Below, one piece after another: positions 19,601 to 24,841 of a DNA stretch of 64,000 bases. Source of the stretch: Clostridia bacterium (lineage in GTDB: Bacteria > Bacillota > Clostridia > Oscillospirales > CAG-272). The notes under the pieces were generated by a model, which did not search any database, had not been told where the DNA came from, and saw nothing but the letters and a program-made list of their open reading frames with translations. Position numbers and translations under genes: made by a program. How positions within the stretch are numbered: position 1 is the first letter of the stretch; every line of letters begins with the position of its first letter. The stretch is taken from NCBI GenBank assembly GCA_017482055.1, contig JAFUOH010000013.1, forward strand, positions 3,416 through 67,415. The letters run 5' to 3'.

Positions 19601-21009
19601 CCGAGATGATCTTCTGTTCCCTGCTTGTAGAACTCCGCAAAAAGTAAAGGCGGGTATGCACTCTTTACATACTCCGCCTTTTCTGCGTCGCTCTTATCTG
19701 AAGTTAAAAAAGACACGATTTCTTCCTTGCTGTGTCGCAAGTAGTCACCGTGTCTTAAGATTTGGATGAGACTTTCGGGGTCGCTGATCTCGGGAAGTGT
19801 GCTGTCACTTATGCGTAGATTAGGGACGTCAACACTTCTTCCTCTGCTGAATTCTTGATCGAGTTCATCATCTGTACCCACTGCATCGGATTCTCTGCTT
19901 TCAGCTTCTCCGATACCCCAAGGCTCTGTGCCATCCGGGATATACTCTCCGAGATCTGTGCTTTCGCCGTCTCGTCGATCTCGTGAAGATAACTGTTCAG
20001 CCTGCCCTCGGTCAGTATCGTCGTGTACGTTCCCTTTCGGTGCTGTTTCAAGAAATTCAATCTCATCTGACCGTACTTCCCGATTGTGTGGTTCGTCTGC
20101 TCGGGCAGCTCCAAGTTCGGGATCTGTACTCCGTTCTGTGTCCTGTAAGTCAACGTCATTGATATTACCTCCGTTTCGATTTAGTGTTTCTGCTTTACCG
20201 CCATTATTATACTCGGTTTCACTTTTACCGTCAAATGTGCGATTTTCTCTTTGGATGCTTTTCTCAACACTCTTTACCGTCCTCTCGATCTCTCGCAGAC
20301 AAATCTCGGAAATATCGCTTGTAGCGGTTCCGAGAATGTTTACGGTCGCAGGGGTGTTAAACTCATGCACCCATTCAAAGCTCTCTGCACCAACAAACGG
20401 CTCTGCATTGAAGCCGAGACGGGTAAGCACCGTATAAGCAACACTCGCTTGCACGGTAACAAGAAATCTCACGCGGAGATTATCTTCGTCATACTCCTCA
20501 AGAAAGCTTCCCTCCTTTTCGTAGGAAAGCTCATGCAGATAATCCGTAATGTTATCCGCACCGAGATTGATTGCGGCGGCGATGACCGCATCACTGATCT
20601 TTTCTCTTTGCTTTTCATCGTCGATAAACCGATTCTGCAAAGCTTCGATAATATCTCCTTCGTATTCGGGTTTGATACCCCAAATATCGAAAGGCTTGTT
20701 ATCGCGGTCGTGTGTGTCGCTGACATCGAAAACGTACTTGAGGTAGTTCTTATCTCCTCGTCCGTCGATCAGAGCGATACCCGTTGCTCCTCGTTTCACC
20801 CACCGTCCAAAGTGTTGATTCCACAACTGCGTTTCCGCACACGCGGTCGCATAGGGTCTTTGTGCGTAGATAAGCACTTGGTCTGCAAACGGGTATTTGT
20901 ACTGATACGCTGCCGAGTGCAAAAAAGCTCTCCACGCCACCGAGTCCGATGTGATGTCTTTTATCGTCCGCTTATACAGTTCGGTAATCAAGTCTATTTT
21001 TCTCGGCAT
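10687..21009 (-). CDS. Giant polyvalent conjugative-element protein (3,440 aa): ArdC-N-like module, MutS-domain-I-like module, N6-adenine DNA methyltransferase, SNF2/DEAH helicase, coiled-coil C-terminus
   Basis: Single uninterrupted ORF with ATG at 21009 and AAGGAG 8 nt upstream. Motifs located on the DNA:
- RVGDFYELL (17011-17031, aa 1327).
- MTase motif I LEPSCGVGNF and motif IV NVPF (14920-14931, aa 2027).
- Helicase Walker A HVVGAGKTF (13081-13107).
- DEAH box LFVDEAHF (12601-12624).
- Motif VI QRAGRIVRQGN (11599-11631). Confidence 0.9.
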   Translation of the reverse strand: MPRKIDLITELYKRTIKDITSDSVAWRAFLHSAAYQYKYPFADQVLIYAQRPYATACAETQLWNQHFGRWVKRGATGIALIDGRGDKNYLKYVFDVSDTHDRDNKPFDIWGIKPEYEGDIIEALQNRFIDDEKQREKISDAVIAAAINLGADNITDYLHELSYEKEGSFLEEYDEDNLRVRFLVTVQASVAYTVLTRLGFNAEPFVGAESFEWVHEFNTPATVNILGTATSDISEICLREIERTVKSVEKSIQRENRTFDGKSETEYNNGGKAETLNRNGGNINDVDLQDTERSTDPELGAARADEPHNREVRSDEIEFLETAPKGNVHDDTDRGQAEQLSSRDRRDGESTDLGEYIPDGTEPWGIGEAESRESDAVGTDDELDQEFSRGRSVDVPNLRISDSTLPEISDPESLIQILRHGDYLRHSKEEIVSFLTSDKSDAEKAEYVKSAYPPLLFAEFYKQGTEDHLGYRADDESLLLYTGSFTSRTAENRMDWAFVTRLVEALITDKNYLEKPVVKEDHQMSLFDMDMPEVQTAAESTPQEKADSTSQMRISQEVIDELLRLGGCTRNSNMRIYEYYRRAKGSEETIPYLRREYQSDSVGITVNDKNYSAKWDDAGIRISTGDRVSEYSSVLIPWDIVDKRVRELMNLGQYLSQQEAEKAKEVWCDLISDKVRTLLGDVFGEIPDEQKFWLKPNLMYYEARELFAKNLNDPEKGAQQVRELRARMPLLEKYPPRFRYLENAEQYMSYLEMHLREPIDFPEADPYILPPKQFVTQDKFDAALLEKGTDTKLKHYSFFLREKDNTKRAKHLSDSFGTGGSSGGRIGDDHSPKGWVIYGGLRSGNTGMHLKWSQVAKRIDELIRKGVYLSDEDKAEMDSYERKDIGWKIKNFYSDKMLDVRYPYDVYKTTDFWIAVNDIAKQIENKDRLLEIIDMMQEALDKQFPGTESYNRDKQTLDTVKDYSEGRYNLFPGSPYRKKTPFAPEKKEVVQEPVAEVNEPIIEELPDTEYDLHLGVTVHIGKDEYEILSLAGDKVELFDGTLIPLEMELDTFLKRIRENPLNDGLLKEPRPAPKVEFKEEKPKPGTPPKQTRKGKKNEPSVDALVAKMEESYARWNQIKAEGSGDPFWEDGVNMNLVRNHIISYRRQILELVGEDNLPDIFDREIPPEVPQNFVANADLIREAAKVALAIYQSNETYQWCKEQAKRIPEKILKKTSIPNILGYVTGLESAIENDRLIDMRRHRNANQYLDSFDRCKSEIEKILPQIEHEQRTEEIFASLMNEDEEAEEILLESDVEKLSIPAKTDVWERFTITKTHYPDRMALIRVGDFYELLDQDAVEASDALELTLTGRSVPDRPTRVPMCGFPYHTLDKYLQKLQDKGFKVVIAEEDKEFAIKEKPKANQSYTDEEIAEILPADGKEILRLYEYRFSDDRFYVDEEKGEVTWLYFNPDSTAGGQFVENVVTFEQIIALKENEDYSVFFDKLGSEARQTLVDVGDEDFHDVAKRFLLDEYYYHGFGTEAREELISIAEELEQVEKPRLKGEVTHRFSLRRLPFEGGIQGIFDNVTGQFIGSNGQIFRYAEHSEALKDLNGFQRVNGFAEANIFTTENGKEYHEGDTLFASFEGKDGVHLEIERIDEHDIWYTMPSEPGQEAVSMDRYEFEKYLDKGNISLLFSRYPILNDDRPPEERAADRAEKAEPHIERVPSREPTELEVAKKLIEDYCAEEYNSESVDFSDLTNIGIGYTTITDDEIPIQVVVNLVDFKIEKYLADDIVEVSKYDSLHDLIEYELNNLVFDALISVSDDLIEQYNEKYGMGIPQLVEKEKPRKTLPVYNTHPEIPDSEKHNYRITDNEIGMGGAKEKFRKNIAAINLLHELEFDNRLATPEEQEILAQYSGWGGLADAFDETKDNWHSEFTELYTTLSPEEYEAAKESTLTAFYTPPVVIKAMYSALENMGFKRGNVLEPSCGVGNFMGLIPESMDAKMYGVELDSLSGRIARQLYQKNGITIDGYEKTHFPDSFFDVAIGNVPFNDFKLLDKKYDKYNFLIHDYFFAKTLDKVRPGGVIAFITSSGTLDKENSSVRKYISQRADFLGAIRLPNNTFDGAGANKVVSDIIFLQKRDRIIERDEDWVHLGTDENGIKMNQYFIDHPDMVLGEVVMRSGPYGPEPTCKPYEDEDLGELLTEAISNIHAEISEVELDELTEGTEDKSIPADPTVKNFSFTIVDGKVYYRQNSVMNPVETSVTGENRIKGMIGIRDTVKALIEAQLEDYPESEIKELQAKLNKQYDEFTAKYGLINSRGNAMVFSDDNSYFLLCSLEILDENKELKAKADMFTKRTIKPQVTVDRVDTASEALALSMGERAMVDMEYMSELTGKSEEELFSDLKGVIFRNPEHGEKIGARPYLMADEYLSGNVREKLKEAKWKAEADPAFADNVEALEKVQPEDLSAAEIGVRLGSTWIPQEDIQDFVHELLGTPFYMRRLIEVKFIPQTSQWVITNKTRDRGNVKAVNAYGTHRINGYEIIEESLNLKDVRIFDYPIDENGNKKQVLNKKETAIAQGKQEQIKRAFDEWIWKDPARRERLCKLYNERFNSIRPREFDGSHIKFFGMNPEITLRKHQSDAVARIMYGGNSLLAHVVGAGKTFTMVAAAQESKRLGLCNKSMFVVPNHLIEQWASEYLQLYPSANILVATKKDFETKNRKKFCARIATGDYDAVIIGHSQFEKIPMSLERQIETLNNERDQILQSIEEIQASRGDRVTVKQLAKARKQIETKLAKLNDQSRKDDVVTFEELGVDRLFVDEAHFYKNLAAYTKMRNVAGISQTEAQKSSDLYMKCRYLDELTGGKGCVFATGTPISNTMVELYTMQKYLQYDELQLRGLLNFDAWASTFGETVTAIELAPDGSGYRAKTRFAKFFNIPELMAMFKQTADIQTADMLKLPVPEAHYHIVKVEASEEQKELVESFAERAERVHNRMVSSTEDNMLLITNDGRKAALDQRLVDIGLGDYDGSKVNTCVQNIYEIWEKYADKKAAQLVFCDLSTPKDDGSFNVYDDIRNKLIERGIPPEEIAFIHAADTDTKKKELFAKVRRGQVRVLMGSTFKMGAGTNVQQRLIALHDLDVPWRPADLEQRAGRIVRQGNSNPEVDLYRYVTEGTFDAYSYQLLESKQKFISQIMTSKSPVRSAEDVDETALSYAEIKALASGNPKIMEKMQLDADVAKLKLQKADHLSQRYSLEDALIKKFPRNIADQEERIKCLIEDIETAKNSTFPNENGFSPMEVMGTTYTEKAEAGKAILAVCERINSPDERPLGEYRGFKMEIGFDTFGREFFINLRGKLFHKVPLGQDANGIIIRLDNAIEAFEKRKQGCELQLEELHKQVENAKAEIAKPFAREAELEEKCKRLAELNAELNMDKRENEIVDGAEEQSEDERDENSRTRSDRTDR
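19809..20159 (-). CDS. TnpV-like ORF (116 aa) embedded in the +1 frame of the giant ORF; expression unproven
   Basis: ATG at 20159 is preceded by GGAGGT with an 8-nt spacer. The translation is MTLTYRTQNGVQIPNLELPEQTNHTIGKYGQMRLNFLKQHRKGTYTTILTEGRLNSYLHEIDETAKAQISESISRMAQSLGVSEKLKAENPMQWVQMMNSIKNSAEEEVLTSLIYA. It follows the TnpV family pattern I recall (..Y....G.Y..P.L.LPE.....IGKYG..R..YLK.HR...Y..L...G.L..HL.E.D..A......M....GV.E.LKA...M.WV..MN.I...AEE.V...LIY). Confidence 0.5.
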   Translation of the reverse strand: MTLTYRTQNGVQIPNLELPEQTNHTIGKYGQMRLNFLKQHRKGTYTTILTEGRLNSYLHEIDETAKAQISESISRMAQSLGVSEKLKAENPMQWVQMMNSIKNSAEEEVLTSLIYA

Positions 21010-21031
21010 TGTTTTGCTCCTTCTTTAGATT

Positions 21032-21859
21032 TTATCGGGCGTCACGCGCTGACACCCGTTCTTTCTTTTCGGTTGGGAAATCCCAACCATATACTTGTGC
21101 GATAATCCCACCGAGCTTATCGGTCACACGGTCAATATCCTCCTGCGTGGCTTTGCCCTCATAGAACTTATCAAGGAAGTCCTCTTTATCGTCCGAAGAA
21201 AGTCCGTCCTTGAACTTGCGGTAATACAGATAGTTCGTTCCATCGTGGTGTATCTGTGTCGAGCACAGATCTCCGTCTCGGTCAACGTACCATTCAGCCA
21301 TATCGCAATCGGTATAAAGGCAATCCGCGATATTACCCGATTCGATAAGCTTATATCCGTGCGCTCTGCCGTTCCAACGACCGATATTGCCGAAAACGAT
21401 AATGTCGTTTCCGCATTGGATCTTCAAGTTGTAACGCTCGTCACTGAGATAATCGTTGTTGACCTCATACATTTCTTCGGTCAACTGCTCCTCGGTATAT
21501 TCGGGGTGTTCCTCTCTGAGTCCTTCCCAATCCTTGAGATCAAGGTCGATATTCGACCAAATCATGTGCTTCTCGGGGAAAGGATAAACGTGTGCTCCAC
21601 GTCTTTCCAAAACCTCAGCAAACTCGCAGATGTGGAAAGAGTTGTTGCCGACAAGAACGTGATAATCGTCGATATACTTGCAGGTGAAAGCCTTTACCTC
21701 TCCCGAAGGATAGGTCACAATGACTTGATCTCCATCGGGAATACGGAACTTCTCTTGATAGTCGGGATAGATAAATCGAATCTCTTTCGGCTCATTCATC
21801 GTCGCTCTGTCAAGAACGGCGGTGACTCCGTATCTGTTTTGAAAAACATAGTCGCTCAT
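21032..21859 (-). CDS. Hypothetical conjugative-element protein (275 aa)
   Basis: ORF tightly packed in the operon. Its start shares a base with the upstream stop (TAATG). I recognise no family. Confidence 0.55.
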   Translation of the reverse strand: MSDYVFQNRYGVTAVLDRATMNEPKEIRFIYPDYQEKFRIPDGDQVIVTYPSGEVKAFTCKYIDDYHVLVGNNSFHICEFAEVLERRGAHVYPFPEKHMIWSNIDLDLKDWEGLREEHPEYTEEQLTEEMYEVNNDYLSDERYNLKIQCGNDIIVFGNIGRWNGRAHGYKLIESGNIADCLYTDCDMAEWYVDRDGDLCSTQIHHDGTNYLYYRKFKDGLSSDDKEDFLDKFYEGKATQEDIDRVTDKLGGIIAQVYGWDFPTEKKERVSARDAR

Positions 21860-22281
21860 TATCGTTCCTCCCTATCTTTTACCTTTTTCTGTTTGGGTTC
21901 GGGTGCAATATGATTCTGCTCTGTTGCCTTACGCGCTTCTACCGCTTTCAAATAATCGTCCTTGTGCCAAGTGGTGATCACATCGTCGATAATCGCGCTG
22001 TACTCACCCTCCTTATAATACTGATTGACGGGTGCTTTCATAAGGCCCTTGTCAAGCAGTTCACGGATAGCAACGGGAGAATCGCAATCCTCCTCAAAGC
22101 AGAGATAACGACCTTCAACAAAGCCTACTGCTTGAGCTTCTTTGGAAAGGTATTCATCGGCAAGCTCACGAAGTATCATTACACCGCCGTGTCTTGCGGT
22201 CTGAACCTCAAAGGCTCCGTAGCAGAGCATCTTGCAATGATCTACCGTTCCCCAAGGAGAATACATAGGTTCTACCATCAT
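21859..22281 (-). CDS. Hypothetical conjugative-element protein (140 aa)
   Basis: N-terminal YSPWGTVDHCKMLCYGAFEVQTARHGGVMI resembles a recurrent ICE-associated domain that I cannot name. It has an ATGA overlap with the upstream gene. Confidence 0.55.
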   Translation of the reverse strand: MMVEPMYSPWGTVDHCKMLCYGAFEVQTARHGGVMILRELADEYLSKEAQAVGFVEGRYLCFEEDCDSPVAIRELLDKGLMKAPVNQYYKEGEYSAIIDDVITTWHKDDYLKAVEARKATEQNHIAPEPKQKKVKDREER

Positions 22282-22982
22282 CGTTCCTCCCTGCTATCCT
22301 TTTTTCTGATTGCTTTTCCGTTCTCATCGTAGTTTTTCGGGTCGGCACCGGGTACGTTCCAACCGAACATTGAGCCAACCTTCATAGCCTCCGCTTGCGC
22401 GGGAGATATGCCAAGTTCACGGTTCATTTCGTTTGCGGCTCTGCCGTTCCCTTGCTTACGAATGGGGGTGTATCCGCTTTGAGCAATATCTATGCGAATC
22501 TCCTCCTGCGTAGTAGGAAGATAGGCATAAGAATACAAAGGAAGTCCTTTGTCCTTAGCGAGCTTATTCATCACCATATCCTTGTCATAGCAAAAGACAT
22601 AGAAATTGTAGTCACCCGGAGTAGGAATACAACGGAGATAAAGGGCGTAGTCCTGCGTGAGAATACGGAATCCCCACTGCTCACCAAAGGGATGGGAGAC
22701 CTTACATTGAGGTTGAGTACGACAATAAGCTCTCATACTTTCGCGGTCAGAAAGAACGCCACACGGCTCTCGCATCTTGTTTATAAGGGCATCAAAGATA
22801 ACCTTGAACTTTTCATCGTTCAGTTCGGGGAAATTATGAGGAAACCAAGTCGTCCAAAACTCTTTACCGCCTCCACCGAAATCCCCTCGCAAATATCCAA
22901 TGCAGCCAAGCTCCTTTTCTTCATCCTTATTGAAAAAGAAAAGGTCTTTTTCTTCTTTCATTTTGATAGCTTCAAGCACCAT
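22278..22982 (-). CDS. Hypothetical conjugative-element protein, paralog A (234 aa from the ATG at 22982)
   Basis: Paralogous to 22984-23700: GYLRGDF / GWLKGNF, EQWGFRILTQDYALYL / ECWGFRVLTEDYAWYI, LAKDKGLP in both, and FGWNVPGADPKNYDENG / FGWDTPVANPKNYDENG. The start is moved from 23039 to 22982 because AGGAGG lies 7 nt upstream and this start removes the overlap. Confidence 0.6.
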   Translation of the reverse strand: MVLEAIKMKEEKDLFFFNKDEEKELGCIGYLRGDFGGGGKEFWTTWFPHNFPELNDEKFKVIFDALINKMREPCGVLSDRESMRAYCRTQPQCKVSHPFGEQWGFRILTQDYALYLRCIPTPGDYNFYVFCYDKDMVMNKLAKDKGLPLYSYAYLPTTQEEIRIDIAQSGYTPIRKQGNGRAANEMNRELGISPAQAEAMKVGSMFGWNVPGADPKNYDENGKAIRKKDSREER

Positions 22983-22983
22983 C

Positions 22984-23700
22984 TTATCTCCTCCTCTCTT
23001 TGGGTTCTTCCACGGGAACGTAGAAGTGACCGTTTTCATCGTAGTTCTTGGGATTAGCCACGGGAGTATCCCAACCGAAGATCACACCGTTCTCCATTGC
23101 CGCAACCTGCTCGATAGTGAGGTTAAGAGCTTCATTCTGCTCATTGGCATAAGCGCGGTTCTCAACCATATTGCCACCGTACTGAGGGAAGCTGTCGTAC
23201 AGATCTTCGCCATAACGGATAAGGATGCGCTCACCTGTATATTTCAGAACACCGTAGCAGGTTTCGGGAAGTCCTTTATCTTTGGCAAGTACGGTCATAA
23301 GTGCTTTGCGGTTATAGCAATAGATCGTTACGTGCCGCACGGGGTTCCAAGGGGTAAGAGCGATATACCAAGCATAGTCCTCGGTCAGCACTCTGAATCC
23401 CCAACACTCGCGGTTGAAGGAATACGGAACGTGGTCGTGTACCTTGTCCCGACAAAAGGCATTGAGATCTGAAAGAGTGCGGAGCATATACCCCGCACTC
23501 TCGCTTGCAAGAAAAATACAAAGCGACTCAAGCTCATAACGAATCATATAGTCGTTATCTCCCGTCATTTCCATATCCGAGAGCACGAGTCTATCCTCAT
23601 TGAAATTACCCTTGAGCCACCCGATAAATCCCTTGTCCGTCTCGCCCTGCTCGGTGAAAAGATACTTTTCATCCCATAATGCAAGGCGTTCAAGCTTCAT
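22984..23700 (-). CDS. Hypothetical conjugative-element protein, paralog B (238 aa)
   Basis: See paralog A. ATG at 23700 with AAGGAG 8 nt upstream. Confidence 0.6.
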   Translation of the reverse strand: MKLERLALWDEKYLFTEQGETDKGFIGWLKGNFNEDRLVLSDMEMTGDNDYMIRYELESLCIFLASESAGYMLRTLSDLNAFCRDKVHDHVPYSFNRECWGFRVLTEDYAWYIALTPWNPVRHVTIYCYNRKALMTVLAKDKGLPETCYGVLKYTGERILIRYGEDLYDSFPQYGGNMVENRAYANEQNEALNLTIEQVAAMENGVIFGWDTPVANPKNYDENGHFYVPVEEPKERRR

Positions 23701-23950
23701 CGTCTACACTCTCCTTGCCTTCGGTTTCCTCCTTAACTTCCTTGGCTTCGGGTTTTGCCAAGAAAGCCAAGATACCGACCGATTTGATCTCGTCCTGCAA
23801 CTCGCAGAGAGCCGTAAGCTCCGGCTTTGTGATATTCGGGATAGAAAGGATGTCCTTGAGCTTGAGCGCCATGATCTGCTTCTCCGACGTGATGCCAGAC
23901 TCAATGAGACGAGTAACCAATCGGAGATTTGTCTTGTTTACTTCTGCCAT
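23690..23950 (-). CDS. Hypothetical protein (86 aa)
   Basis: ORF whose start shares a base with the upstream stop, with AGGGAGGAG upstream. No family recognised. Confidence 0.5.
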   Translation of the reverse strand: MAEVNKTNLRLVTRLIESGITSEKQIMALKLKDILSIPNITKPELTALCELQDEIKSVGILAFLAKPEAKEVKEETEGKESVDDEA

Positions 23951-24240
23951 TATCTCTCCTCCCTATCTCTGTTTGTCTTTTTCTTGGGTTCATTCTCTTT
24001 GGGATATTCGCCAATGCTTCGCTTAAAAGCGACCTCGGCTTCTACGCGGTCATACAAGTCCTTGTTTGCCGCTTCTTTGTCCGTAAAGTAATGACCCCAA
24101 AAATAGTTATTGCCCCCGGTACATTCCCAAGTAACATACCGAGCGCGGTCGTGGATATTCTCACCAAGCACAAACTCCGTATTTCCTACGGGAAAAGACT
24201 TGATGATCTCATATCCTGCATTGATTCTCTTATCTTGCAT
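23950..24240 (-). CDS. Hypothetical protein (96 aa)
   Basis: ORF in the operon, with AAGGAGGA upstream. Ends in ...NRDREER. Confidence 0.5.
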   Translation of the reverse strand: MQDKRINAGYEIIKSFPVGNTEFVLGENIHDRARYVTWECTGGNNYFWGHYFTDKEAANKDLYDRVEAEVAFKRSIGEYPKENEPKKKTNRDREER

Positions 24241-24832
24241 CTTTGTCCTCCTTTTTCAGCTCAAGCTTCACTTTCTCAAGTGTTCTCTTGGCAAATTCGG
24301 GAACCTTTTCATGGGGTACAATCCCCAAAACATTCGGGCGCTCAATTCTGCACTTCTCTCCGGTATAAAGATCCCAACCGTAGCAAGCTCTGCCACGGCT
24401 TTTAGGCTCTACACCAAAACCGCTGTTTACATAGTAAAGCTGATGTGCAATATCTCGGAAACCGTGAAGCATTGTCTGCTCCTTAACTGCAACGACTTTG
24501 CCCTTGATGCTTTCCTCCCAAGACACCGAGATTACATCTTCTGCCGTCAAGCAAGAAGGATCGTCAACACCGACAATGGCGGCGCGACGATCCTCAAGCT
24601 CTTTTGCACACTCGTTGATCTTGTTCGCAAATGCGTGGAGTGCTTCGGGGTAGTTGTCGAAACAATGGAGCTTATCGCACACGGGAAACATATATCCCTC
24701 GGACTCGTAAACGCACATCATATACGGATATTCGGTTTTCTGATCTTCGGCAATACCAAAGCAAACCCTCTTGTGACCTATCCACATTGCGACGTCGATA
24801 ACGTATCCGTTCAATACTTCTTTCTCGTCCAT
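24230..24832 (-). CDS. Hypothetical protein (200 aa)
   Basis: ORF in the operon, with AAGGTGAG upstream. No family recognised. Confidence 0.5.
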   Translation of the reverse strand: MDEKEVLNGYVIDVAMWIGHKRVCFGIAEDQKTEYPYMMCVYESEGYMFPVCDKLHCFDNYPEALHAFANKINECAKELEDRRAAIVGVDDPSCLTAEDVISVSWEESIKGKVVAVKEQTMLHGFRDIAHQLYYVNSGFGVEPKSRGRACYGWDLYTGEKCRIERPNVLGIVPHEKVPEFAKRTLEKVKLELKKEDKDAR

Positions 24833-24841
24833 GTGCTCACC

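Noticed and set aside
10791-19661. Many 60-500-aa ORFs on both strands inside the giant ORF (for example 13600-15114 +, 16876-17925 +, 11493-12032 -, 15204-15602 -)
   Set aside because: Their translations are Arg/Ser/Thr/Leu-rich with no motifs. They have no SD at their starts and all overlap well-supported helicase or MTase motifs in the main frame. Only the 19809-20159 ORF differs qualitatively, and it is reported separately.
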